Shown in pieces: positions 39,313 to 48,706 of a DNA stretch of 64,000 bases. The first letter of the stretch is position 1. Every line of letters starts with the position of its first letter. The notes beneath the pieces are model-generated. The model was not told the DNA's origin, did no database searches, and was given only the letters and a program-made list of their open reading frames with translations. The position numbers were made by a program, and so were the translations under genes. Source of the stretch: Longimicrobiales bacterium (GTDB lineage: Bacteria; Gemmatimonadota; Gemmatimonadetes; Longimicrobiales; Gaopeijiaceae); contig CBDCKN010000012.1 in NCBI GenBank assembly GCA_965218295.1, positions 96,001 through 160,000 on the forward strand, given 5' to 3'.

Positions 39313-40566
39313 GTGGACATCGCGCAGTTAAGGAGCAAGAGCGTTGGAGACCTCCACGATTTGGCGGAGGAGCTCAACATCTCCAACTACTCAGGGCTCC
39401 GCAAGCAAGACCTCATCTTCCGCATCGAGCAGAATCTCCTCGACAACGAGGTGGTTCTCCGGGGGGAGGGGGTGCTGGAGATCTTGGCGGAGGGATACGG
39501 CTTCCTACGCTCCCAGGACTGGAACTATCTGTACGGGCCAGACGACATCTACGTCAGTCCCTCGCAGATCAAGCGCTTCGACCTCAGGACCGGGGACACC
39601 ATCCTGGGTCAGGTACGGCCTCCCAAGGAAGGGGAGCGCTACCTCGCGCTGCTGAAGGTCGAGAGCGTCAACGGCGACGACCCCGACAACGCCAAGCTGC
39701 GGATCGCCTTCGACAACCTCCGGCCCCGCTATCCCGAGGACCGAGTGACCCTCGAGATTCCCGATACGGACCTTTCCATGAGGGTCATGGATCTGGTAGC
39801 ACCGGTGGGAATGGGGCAGCGGGGACTCATCGTCTCGCCGCCCAAGGCCGGTAAGACGATGCTACTCCAGAAGATCGCCAACTCCATCACGGCGAACCAT
39901 CCGGACGTGCACCTCATCGTCCTGCTCATCGACGAGCGGCCCGAGGAAGTGACGGACATGGAGGAGCACGTCGACGGCGAGGTCATCTCCTCCACGTTCG
40001 ACGAACCCGCGGACCGCCATGCGCAGGTGGCCGAGATGGTGCTGGAGAAGGCGAAGCGGCTCGTGGAGCACGGAAGGGATGTGGTCGTCCTCCTCGACTC
40101 CATCACGCGACTGGCCCGGGCGTACAACGTGACCGTGCCGCACTCGGGGAAGATCCTGTCGGGCGGTGTGGATGCGAACGCCCTGCACAAGCCCAAGCGC
40201 TTCTTTGGGGCTGCCAGGAACATCGACGACGGGGGATCCTTCACGATCATCGCCACCGCCCTGGTGGAGACCGGAAGCCGCATGGACGAGGTCATCTTCG
40301 AGGAGTTCAAGGGGACCGGCAACATGGAGTTGATCCTGGACCGCCACATCTCCGACAAGAGGATCTTCCCGGCCATCGACATCAACCGATCCGGGACCCG
40401 CAAGGAGGAGCTCCTCCTCTCGCCCAACGAGCTGAACCGGGTATACCTCCTCCGCAACTTCCTCTCCGACATGCCCCCCACCGAGGCCATCGAATTCCTA
40501 CTGGACCGCATGCGACGGACCGAGACGAATCAGGAGTTCATGGATTCCATGGCCGCCGGCGAATGA
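39313..40566 (+). CDS. rho: Transcription termination factor Rho
   Basis: [51 protein letters not shown]. Confidence 0.98.
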   Translation: MDIAQLRSKSVGDLHDLAEELNISNYSGLRKQDLIFRIEQNLLDNEVVLRGEGVLEILAEGYGFLRSQDWNYLYGPDDIYVSPSQIKRFDLRTGDTILGQVRPPKEGERYLALLKVESVNGDDPDNAKLRIAFDNLRPRYPEDRVTLEIPDTDLSMRVMDLVAPVGMGQRGLIVSPPKAGKTMLLQKIANSITANHPDVHLIVLLIDERPEEVTDMEEHVDGEVISSTFDEPADRHAQVAEMVLEKAKRLVEHGRDVVVLLDSITRLARAYNVTVPHSGKILSGGVDANALHKPKRFFGAARNIDDGGSFTIIATALVETGSRMDEVIFEEFKGTGNMELILDRHISDKRIFPAIDINRSGTRKEELLLSPNELNRVYLLRNFLSDMPPTEAIEFLLDRMRRTETNQEFMDSMAAGE

Positions 40567-40682
40567 TGTATCTGCCGCAGATGCGGCACCCTATGTGCAA
40601 GTCCGATCCCTCAGTTCGTCTGTTGAGGTAAGCGGGAACGGTTCCTTCGGTCCCGCACGGGACGACTGAGGGAGGAACCACG

Positions 40683-42166
40683 ATGCGCACTTTTGCACTG
40701 GTCCTGGCGCTTCTCGCCGGGCTCATAGCCGACGAACCGCAGAGCACACGCTCGCTCGGCGTGGTCATCGGCACCGTAGCCGACGCCGCAACGGCCACGC
40801 CATTGTCGGGTGTCCAGATCCACGCGGACGGCCTCATGGCGAGCACTCTCACCGCCAGGGACGGAGGCTATCTGCTCAGGCTACCCCCCGCGGCCACGGG
40901 TGAGGTGACGATCCGGGCCGAGCTCATCGGATACAGGTCGATGACCAAGCAGGTGAGCTTGGGCGCCGACTCGGTCCGGGTGGACTTCGCTCTCGAGTCG
41001 ACGAGACGGCAGGACCGCGTCGCCCCGACGATGGACGAATTGGCCGTGTCGATCGGCACGGCGAACGAGTCGGCCGTACAGAGGAGCCGTGGGGAGGGTG
41101 GCGTAGTGGTGCCGTCGCAGGCTGCCGTAGCGGCCCAGGCCAGGTTCCTGTCGCCCGGCGAATTCGACCGCTCCGCCTATGACCTTCGAGGACGCTACAA
41201 CTGGGATTTCGAGCGCGAGGGCTACGAGCGGATTTACGAGAACGAGTTCCGGGCCGTGGGGTCGAATCCCCTCTCGACCTTCGGCATCGACGTGGACCGG
41301 GCCTCCTACGCCAACGTCCGCCGCTTCATCCACGAAGGACGGCTTCCCCCGGCCGACGCCGTTCGAATCGAAGAGCTGATCAACTACTTCACCTACGACT
41401 TTGCCGCCCCCGAGGGGCCGGATCCCTTCTCGGTCCGCACCGAAGTGGCACCTGCGCCGTGGAACCCTCTCCACTATCTGGTCCGCATCGGAATCCAGGG
41501 CCGGAAGATCGACACGGAGGACCTCCCGGCCACCAACCTCGTGTTCCTGCTCGACGTGTCGGGCTCCATGAGGTCTTGGTGAGCGAGTTCGGCGGGACCC
41601 TGCACACCATCGCGAAGGACGTGAAGGTCCAGGTGGAGTTCAATCCCACACGGGTTCGTGCATACCGGCTCATCGGGTACGAAAACCGCATGCTGGCGGC
41701 CGAAGACTTCAACGACGACACCAAGGACGCCGGCGACCTCGGTGCCGGGCATACCGTGACCGCACTCTACGAGGTGATCCCGGCGGGCGTGGCGAGTGCG
41801 ACGCCGGTCCGGGGCCTGGACGACCTGCGATACCAGTCTACCGAGGTTCGGATCGAGGCTTCAAGCCCCGAGCTGATGTTCGTGAAGCTGCGCTACAAGG
41901 ATCCCGATGGGAAGAGGAGCCGGCTCCTCACGCACACCGTGCTGGACGGCACGACCATCCCGTCCTCGGACTTCACGTTCGCCGCCTCGGTGGCCGCCTT
42001 CGCGATGGTCCTCCGGGACTCCAGGTACTGCGGAGCGACCGACTTAGAGGAAGTCCTCCGGTGGGCGCGGAGCTCGGTCGGAGCCGACCGGGAGGGATAC
42101 CGGCGAGAGTTCCTAGAGTTGGTCCGGGAGGCCCACAGGCTGTCAGCGGTAGACGACTCCGACTGA
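40683..42166 (+). pseudogene. YfbK-like vWA/DUF3520 protein lacking its vWA core
   Basis: PLSTF.IDVD.ASY...[12 protein letters not shown] jumps out of frame at about 41571-41575 into [25 protein letters not shown]...YRLIGYENR. Confidence 0.85.
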
Positions 42167-42188
42167 GCGTGGCGCTGAGGAGTGCGCG

Positions 42189-42731
42189 CTACTCCTCTAC
42201 TGCGCCTTGGTAGCGCGGGTTCACCACCAGACGATCCCCCTCGAACACCTTCCGGTCCCACGGGAAGATGATGGTGGCGTCAGTCTCGAGGGCGAAGTAG
42301 TCCGCCTTGTAACCCTTCGTGCGAGCGAAGCTCGTGGCGGTTCGCACCTCGGAGGGATCGATATCCCGGATGGCCGCCAGGGCGAGACGGAGTGTGTCGC
42401 CCGACGTGGCGATCTCATCCACCAGGAGCACTCGCTTCCCCCGTGCCTGGACAGGCGCCGCCGACAGGACGGCGGGGCGCTCCAGGATCTGCTTGTCTCC
42501 CGGTTTGCGCGAGATCTTCATGGAGTAGAAGTCCACGCGCAGGATCGACGCCACGATGGCTGCGGGAATGGCGCCTGTACGGGCGATCCCCACGACGACG
42601 TCGGGGTGATAGTCCCGGGCCACACGGAAGGCGAGAGCCCGACAGAGCTCACCAAACATCTCCCAGGACAGCTCGAGGTACTCGTCGGTGCCGCGATAGT
42701 TGGGAGCCGGCGTTGGCTGCATCTGATGCAT
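42189..42731 (-). CDS. Phosphoribosyltransferase (type I) family
   Basis: VVGIARTG, VLLVDEIATSGDTL, IIFPW. Confidence 0.88.
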   Translation of the reverse strand: MHQMQPTPAPNYRGTDEYLELSWEMFGELCRALAFRVARDYHPDVVVGIARTGAIPAAIVASILRVDFYSMKISRKPGDKQILERPAVLSAAPVQARGKRVLLVDEIATSGDTLRLALAAIRDIDPSEVRTATSFARTKGYKADYFALETDATIIFPWDRKVFEGDRLVVNPRYQGAVEE

Positions 42732-42860
42732 GGGCTGTGCTCCTGGCACTCGAAGGGGATGCTTAAGTTAGAGGTGTGGGAATGGCACATCAATGCTTCG
42801 GTTGACCGGCTGTCCGGGGAACGCCATCGTAAGGGCCACGCCACTCATCACCGGTACGAC

Positions 42861-43307
42861 ATGGACGAGGCGCAGCAGAGCCGAGCGGACGATCTCTTCG
42901 AAGAGACGCTGATGCGATCGAACGCCAAGGACCCCCGGGGGTTCTACCGGGAGCGCCTGCGGGAGATGAAGGCCACGGATCCGGACGCATACCGCGAGGC
43001 CGTCGAATACTACCAGGAGGAGCTGATCCCCTCCATCGCCGAAAAGGGGGCCGATCCTCTGTCGGCCTGGCAGGAGTACGGGTGCCGCCTCGCCGAGCTA
43101 AGCAGTCCTGGCAAGCCGGTGGAGGTGGACGTAACCGGACGGGCCCACCGATACCAGCCGCCGACTCCTCAGGACCGTATGATCCTTCACATCCCGGAGG
43201 GTAGTAAGGGTCGAGCGCTGGTGGTGGGGCTGCCAGCGGAGTTGTCATCCGCCCAGCGGGCCACGTACGAGCTACTCGTCGCGGGACGCCAGCGGTTACG
43301 TGAGTAG
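42861..43307 (+). CDS. Hypothetical protein
   Basis: 148-aa ORF from ATG 42861 with host codon usage, divergent from the PRTase. Confidence 0.7.
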   Translation: MDEAQQSRADDLFEETLMRSNAKDPRGFYRERLREMKATDPDAYREAVEYYQEELIPSIAEKGADPLSAWQEYGCRLAELSSPGKPVEVDVTGRAHRYQPPTPQDRMILHIPEGSKGRALVVGLPAELSSAQRATYELLVAGRQRLRE

Positions 43308-43329
43308 TCGTGTGAGTAAAGGAGAACCG

Positions 43330-43614
43330 ATGCCGCATGAAAGACGAGTGAGGACGCCCATCAACATGGTTTGGGCCCCACGTCCGGGCTGGGCTACCGT
43401 CCGGCTCGTGGGTACGTGTGCTGACCGGACCCTACGCCGCGGTCAGATCGTTCTCCACACGCCCAGCGACGAGTACGACATACCGGGCCAGGATGAAGGA
43501 CTGTCGCCCGGCACGCTGGTGATCATCCTCCACGAGGCGGCTCGGCTCGTGGAGGACGATCTGCATCTGGTCCCCGAGCACGCCGTCGTGGCCATCGGCG
43601 AGCCGCTGCCCTAG
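43330..43614 (+). CDS. Hypothetical 94-aa protein, possibly GroES-like fold
   Basis: AAGGAG RBS; beta-strand pattern resembling Cpn10 (see findings). Confidence 0.6.
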   Translation: MPHERRVRTPINMVWAPRPGWATVRLVGTCADRTLRRGQIVLHTPSDEYDIPGQDEGLSPGTLVIILHEAARLVEDDLHLVPEHAVVAIGEPLP

Positions 43615-43617
43615 GGG

Positions 43618-45441
43618 CTACTCGGCCGGATCCTCCACCAGGTAGGCCACTCCCCACGCTCCTGTCCCCAGGTGCGTTGAGATTACCGGGGTAGCTGGTG
43701 CGCTCAGGATCTCCACGTCTCCGTACCTCTCGATCAGCCTCTCCCGAACCTCGGGGACGATGTCGGGAGCCCCCACGTGCACGATGCCGAAGCGGACCTT
43801 CTCGGGCTCCGCCCCCATGTCCTCGGCCATGACGTCCAGGAGTTCAGTCATGACCCGCGTGCGTCCGATGGCCTTCCCCCTCGGGAGCACCTTGCCCGCG
43901 CGGTCCAGGCCGAGAATGGGCTTCACGTTCAGGAGCGTCCCGAGGAGGGCCTTCCCCCTCCCCACCCGTCCCGATGCCAACAGCCGGTCGAAGGTCTCCA
44001 CCGTGAAGAGGATGCCGGATTGCGCGCGGATACGATCGAGCTCACCGACGATCTCGTCGGGCCCATGGCCCATCTCGGCCAGCTCCGTCGCCTTCAGCAC
44101 GAGGAGCCCTTGCAGGAGGGAGGCTCCCAGAGAGTCCATGAGCCGGACCGCCAAGGCGTCCTCCATGGAGATCGCCGCCTCCGCGGACGTGAACGTTCCC
44201 GAGAGGCTCGAGCCCAGGATTACGCCCACCACCTGCTCGGCGTCCTCGGCGGCCCTCTTGAACCCCTCCAGGAACGCACCCGGCGGCGGCTGCGAGGTGG
44301 TCGGCAGAGCCTCCTGCATGGAGAGCATCTCGTGAAACTGCTCTGCCGTCACATCGACACCATCCCGGTAGACCGTATCCCCCGCCACGAGCATGAGGGG
44401 GACCACCTGGATGCCGTGAGCCCGAATGATCTCCTCGGAAAGGTCCGCGGCGCTGTCGGTGACGATCCCAACCGGACGGCGAGTCAGGGAAAGATGTGAC
44501 GTGGCAGAGCGCCCCACAGCAGCGTGCTGAGCCTTCATGTCCTCCGCCTTGTGGGTCACCAGGTTGCCCAGGCCCTTCAGGTAGGCGAACACGTTCTGGG
44601 GATCGTCCGTGTGGATGTGCAGCTTGAGGACGTCGCCGGAGCGGATCACGATCAACGAGTCGCCGCGCCCGCGCAGCCGCTCGCGCACCTCCCGCTGCGT
44701 GGGCATGCGGTTCCCACGTACGAGGGCTTCAGTGCAGAAGCGGTACCGCTCTTCCCGATCAGGGTACTCCACCATGGCCACGGCGGGGGGGCTGGCCGCG
44801 AAATCCCCGGTGGCCTTGGCCGTCAGCGGATCTCCATGGAGGAAGAGAACCACGCCCTCCAGAAGGCTCACGAATCCCTTGGCGCCTGCGTCCACTACGC
44901 CGGCGGACTTGAGCACTGGAAGGAGCTCGGGGGTCCGCGCCAGAGAGTGCTGGGCCTTTTCCAGCATGTGCTCCATCAGTGGAGCGATATCGGCCATGTG
45001 AGCCCGGGAGACGGCCTCGGCCGTCTCGCGCATGACGGTGAGTATGGTTCCCTCCACCGGTTGTTCGATGGCCGCATAAAGATTCTCTACCCCGGCCGAG
45101 AGCGCGATACCGAACTCTCCCGCATCGACGCGCTGGCGATGCTCCAGTCCACCGGCGAAACCGAGAAGGAAGTGGGACAGCATCATACCGCAGTTGCCGC
45201 GGGCACCCAGAACCGCGGCGTCTGCCGCCTCCTGAGCTACGATGCCTACGGCACGGTGCGTGCTCCGCTCCAGATAGTCCACGATGGCCTGAACCGTGAG
45301 AGCGAGGTTGGTTCCCGTATCTCCATCCGGAACCGGAAAGACGTTGATTCGGTTGAGCTCACCGCGCTGCTGCTGTGCCCATTGGCACGCCGCCACGAGC
45401 GCCCTTCGCAGGCGTGGACCATCGATGTAGCCGATCTGCAT
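43618..45441 (-). CDS. DAK2 (FakA-like)-DegV (FakB-like) fusion
   Basis: INVFPVPDGDTGTN, GARGN.G, VVDAGAKG, HIHTDDP; then TDSAAD, PTTSQP, SLSGT, HLG.GA.G. Confidence 0.92.
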   Translation of the reverse strand: MQIGYIDGPRLRRALVAACQWAQQQRGELNRINVFPVPDGDTGTNLALTVQAIVDYLERSTHRAVGIVAQEAADAAVLGARGNCGMMLSHFLLGFAGGLEHRQRVDAGEFGIALSAGVENLYAAIEQPVEGTILTVMRETAEAVSRAHMADIAPLMEHMLEKAQHSLARTPELLPVLKSAGVVDAGAKGFVSLLEGVVLFLHGDPLTAKATGDFAASPPAVAMVEYPDREERYRFCTEALVRGNRMPTQREVRERLRGRGDSLIVIRSGDVLKLHIHTDDPQNVFAYLKGLGNLVTHKAEDMKAQHAAVGRSATSHLSLTRRPVGIVTDSAADLSEEIIRAHGIQVVPLMLVAGDTVYRDGVDVTAEQFHEMLSMQEALPTTSQPPPGAFLEGFKRAAEDAEQVVGVILGSSLSGTFTSAEAAISMEDALAVRLMDSLGASLLQGLLVLKATELAEMGHGPDEIVGELDRIRAQSGILFTVETFDRLLASGRVGRGKALLGTLLNVKPILGLDRAGKVLPRGKAIGRTRVMTELLDVMAEDMGAEPEKVRFGIVHVGAPDIVPEVRERLIERYGDVEILSAPATPVISTHLGTGAWGVAYLVEDPAE

Positions 45442-45534
45442 CGAGCAAAGATCGAGAGCGCCCTCGACCCGCGCAACGCGGCCCGCCCAGGAAGCGATGC
45501 GTGCGCCGTCCGGAGTCGCCATATTGCGAGTGTT

Positions 45535-45562
45535 CCGAGACACTTTGGTAACGGGACACTAG
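45535..45562. mobile_element. Solo end of the same MITE family
   Basis: CCGAGACACTTTGGTAACGGGACACTAG is 27/28 identical to 10045-10072. Confidence 0.7.
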
Positions 45563-45599
45563 ATCTTCAAGCAGCATTCCACGACGCCATGGAAGAGAG

Positions 45600-46895
45600 G
45601 TGGAGGATCCCTTGAGCGATTCCTCGACTCACTGGCTCGCGATGATCGCGCTGCGCGCGGGCCTCGGAGACGCCATGGACTCGGGCGTGTCCGATGAGAT
45701 TTCGGTGGAGAGGGCATGGCCCTGGGTAGCGGACTTCCTCGGGATCACGCAGGAGCAGCTCGCAAAGGGGGTCGGTGAGGCCCTTCGCTTACCCACGGCG
45801 GACCTGGCCAACGCGGACCCCTCTGCCCTCGCGTTCCTGCCCAAGGAGGAGGCCGATCGGCTCCGTGTGCTCCCCATCCAGGCCAGCGACCGCGAGCTGG
45901 TCGTGGCGACCTCCGATCCTCTCGACTTCGAGGCGGAGCGTGAAGTGGCTTTTCTCTCCAGCCGCCGCACCGTGTTCGAGGTGGCACCGCCGGACGAGCT
46001 AACGGCGGCCCGGGAGAAGGCCTACGAAGAGGCCACCGCCAGCGCTCGCGAGACGATCGGTGGCGACCAACTCGACCAGGCCTACGACCGCGTGCAGCTG
46101 GATCCGTCGTTCGAGGGCACCGTCCCTCACCACTCCGAGTCGGTCATCAAGGTCGAGCGGCTGATCCTGTACGAGGCGTCCAAGCAGGGGGCAACCGAGG
46201 TTCACGTGGCACCCCGGGGTAGCGTGGGGCGTGTGCAGTTCGAGCTGGACGGCCAACTCAAGACCTTCGTCCGCGTTCCCCTCAAGATGATGACGGAGGT
46301 CGTGGATCGGCTGCGTACCCTAGCAGGCCTTTCGCACAGCGGGACCGAGCGGGAGTCCGGGACGATCCCCCTCCTCATCGCCGACACCAAGTATACGCTG
46401 TCCGTGCACACCGTCCCCTCCTCCGCCGGGCACCTCGTGCTGGAGCTCGAGGGCGAAGGCGCGCCGGCGCCGGCCGTACCCAAGAAGCGGGACTGGCAAC
46501 CTGCCACGACGACCGACGAAGGGCACATCCTCATCGTCGACGACGACGCCGACGGGCGCATGCTCATGCGCACGGTCCTAGAGAAGAACGGTTTCGAGGT
46601 GACTGAAGTCGACGACGGCAGCACGGCCATTCCCTTCCTCCAGGAGGCCGAGGACATCGACGGAATCCTCCTCGACCTGATGATGAAGAGCATGGACGGC
46701 CTGGAGACCCTCGAGCGTATCCGGAAGTCGATCAAGACGGCCGCGCTGCCAGTGGTGATCCTCACGGGCTCGGAAGACCCGGAAGACGAAAAGCGCCTCA
46801 TGGAAGCCGGGGCCGATGACTACCTGCACAAGCCCGTGGATCCCATCCAGCTCGTGGTCCGGATCAGGTCGGTGCTCAAGAGGGCCGGCTCCTAA
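45600..46895 (+). CDS. PilB/GspE N-terminal domains fused to a response-regulator receiver (no ATPase)
   Basis: LP...A....VLP......LVVATSDP (N1D); GATEVHVAP...FELDG (degenerate N2D); ILIVDDD, LLDLMM..MDG, GADDYL.KP (REC). Confidence 0.8.
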   Translation: MEDPLSDSSTHWLAMIALRAGLGDAMDSGVSDEISVERAWPWVADFLGITQEQLAKGVGEALRLPTADLANADPSALAFLPKEEADRLRVLPIQASDRELVVATSDPLDFEAEREVAFLSSRRTVFEVAPPDELTAAREKAYEEATASARETIGGDQLDQAYDRVQLDPSFEGTVPHHSESVIKVERLILYEASKQGATEVHVAPRGSVGRVQFELDGQLKTFVRVPLKMMTEVVDRLRTLAGLSHSGTERESGTIPLLIADTKYTLSVHTVPSSAGHLVLELEGEGAPAPAVPKKRDWQPATTTDEGHILIVDDDADGRMLMRTVLEKNGFEVTEVDDGSTAIPFLQEAEDIDGILLDLMMKSMDGLETLERIRKSIKTAALPVVILTGSEDPEDEKRLMEAGADDYLHKPVDPIQLVVRIRSVLKRAGS

Positions 46896-47002
46896 TCCGA
46901 TCTCGCCGGCGCTCGATCATCTGTGCTCCTCGGTCACCCCGGCGAAGGGAATCCCCGTGAACTCGGCCACGTTTCGCTTCCACGTTGCCTCGCGAGAGGC
47001 GG

Positions 47003-48076
47003 TCATCGAGTACTCGGGACCCCAACTGAGGCTCGGGCCTCCACTTCCAAAAGCCTCTGCTTCCGCCAGAGGCCTCCGCCGTACCCCGTGAGCTTGCCGT
47101 CCGCACCGATGACCCGATGGCAAGGGATAAGGATGGCGATGCGGTTGTCCCCGTTGGCGCGAGCCACGGCCCGGACGGCGGTGGGGCGATCGATGTCTGA
47201 AGCGATCTCGCCATAGCTCTTGGTGGTCCCGGCGGGAATGGACCGCAAGCGCGCCCATACCTCCTGCTGGAACGACGTTCCCGGCGTCACGAGGGGAATG
47301 GTGAACTCCACCGCCTTACCGCTGAAGTACGACTCGAGCTCTTCCGCTAGCCGGTCGAACACTTCGCTCGTGCCGGGGACGAACACACAGTCCAGGTACT
47401 TCTGGAGGCGCACGAGCTGGGTCTCGAGCATCCGCCGGTCGGCGAATTCCAGAAGGCAGAGGGCGTCGTCGACGGCCCCGGCGACCATGGGGCCCAGGGG
47501 CGTGGGAATGCGGGTCACTGTCACCATTGTCGAGCTCCGCACGTCCCGGGGGGCCTGCCCCATGAACCGCTTGAAGGCCTCGTTGAACCCGCTCAGCGAT
47601 TCGTAACCCGAGCCGAAGGCAGCCCGGCTGACCCGGGACCCCTGCTGGATCTGACCCAGTGCCAATCCCAGACGGCGGATTCGGTAGTAGGCGTGGAACG
47701 TCATCCCGTGGTTCGACTGGAACCACCGCCGGACCCGCTCTGGGCTGAGCCCCCGGCTACGAAGATCCTGATCGGTCCAGCGCCGCTCCGGCTCGGCCTC
47801 GACATCGTTCATGAGACCGCCGAGCCAGCTCGGAAGCGCACCCGATGGCTCCATGGGCCGGCACCGCTTACAGGGCCGGAAGCCCGCGACAAGGGCGTCA
47901 CTGGTCGATGGAAAGAAGTCGACGTTCTCCTCGCGCGGCTTCTTGGCCGAGCATGTGGGGCGGCAGAAGACTCCGGTGGTCCGCACACCGGTGAAGAACA
48001 CCCCGTCGTAGGAGCCGTCGCGGGAGAGGAAGGCGGCGATCATCTCGCCTCGGTCGGGTAGGGCATGTGTATTCAT
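47003..48076 (-). CDS. ada: Bifunctional Ada transcriptional activator / O6-methylguanine-DNA methyltransferase
   Basis: TTGVFCRPTC, GFRPCKRC, AraC HTH, IPCHRVI, GYGGGLWRK. Confidence 0.95.
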   Translation of the reverse strand: MNTHALPDRGEMIAAFLSRDGSYDGVFFTGVRTTGVFCRPTCSAKKPREENVDFFPSTSDALVAGFRPCKRCRPMEPSGALPSWLGGLMNDVEAEPERRWTDQDLRSRGLSPERVRRWFQSNHGMTFHAYYRIRRLGLALGQIQQGSRVSRAAFGSGYESLSGFNEAFKRFMGQAPRDVRSSTMVTVTRIPTPLGPMVAGAVDDALCLLEFADRRMLETQLVRLQKYLDCVFVPGTSEVFDRLAEELESYFSGKAVEFTIPLVTPGTSFQQEVWARLRSIPAGTTKSYGEIASDIDRPTAVRAVARANGDNRIAILIPCHRVIGADGKLTGYGGGLWRKQRLLEVEARASVGVPSTR

Positions 48077-48224
48077 GAATGACAATCTGAGACATCGTCA
48101 CCTAGCTTTCCACCGGAGAATCGGCGTCGAATTCCCCCTGGCCATCCAACCTCCGAAAGCTCATCCTCAGTATTCCAGTGAACGGAATCAAGTCGAGGGC
48201 TCGAGGAACATGACCATTACGACC

Positions 48225-48635
48225 TTATTCTTTTATCTTTTCTATTGCTTTTCTGGCAGCCTTACGAACACGAGCGTCTGATGCATGTTTGAAAATCTCC
48301 CTCAATGATTCAACAGCCTCCTTACCACCAGTTTCTTCCAATGTCTTAATAATTAGTTCATCATCCGGCCTAGCACTCTCTTCGGCGTCGCCGGTGCCGG
48401 GCGGCGCGCCGTCGTCCAGGAGCCCTGTCAACACGTCTGCGAGAGCAGCCGTAACGGAGCCGATCGGCACGAAGAGAAGAACGCAGACGACTGTGATGAG
48501 AGCGCCGGAGTCGATCCACCTTATCAACACTGGCACGAGGAGCGCGTAGATCACTCCCGTAAAGACGAGCCCAAGCATCTGGGCTCCCGGCGTCATGAAC
48601 GTCATGAATCCTCTCGATCCGTGATTCTCAGTCAT
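48225..48635 (-). CDS. Two-TM hypothetical protein with a low-GC HEAT-like tail (possible chimera)
   Basis: Two hydrophobic helices then LEETGGKEAVESL...DARVRKAARKAIEKI; last 156 bp about 40% GC by hand count. Confidence 0.5.
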   Translation of the reverse strand: MTENHGSRGFMTFMTPGAQMLGLVFTGVIYALLVPVLIRWIDSGALITVVCVLLFVPIGSVTAALADVLTGLLDDGAPPGTGDAEESARPDDELIIKTLEETGGKEAVESLREIFKHASDARVRKAARKAIEKIKE

Positions 48636-48706
48636 GAAGGCAAGAACGAGGCAGGGTTGACTACGGCGCATGAGAACCTCCCTGAAGCACCAACGCGCAG
48701 GACACG

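Noticed and set aside
41580..41582. TGA readthrough in the vWA gene
   Set aside because: Downstream homology is in another frame and a domain is missing, so this is a deletion, not recoding.
46917..47006. 29-codon ORF MTASREATWKRNVAEFTG after ada, faintly like an aquaporin N-terminus
   Set aside because: Too short to assign without a search.
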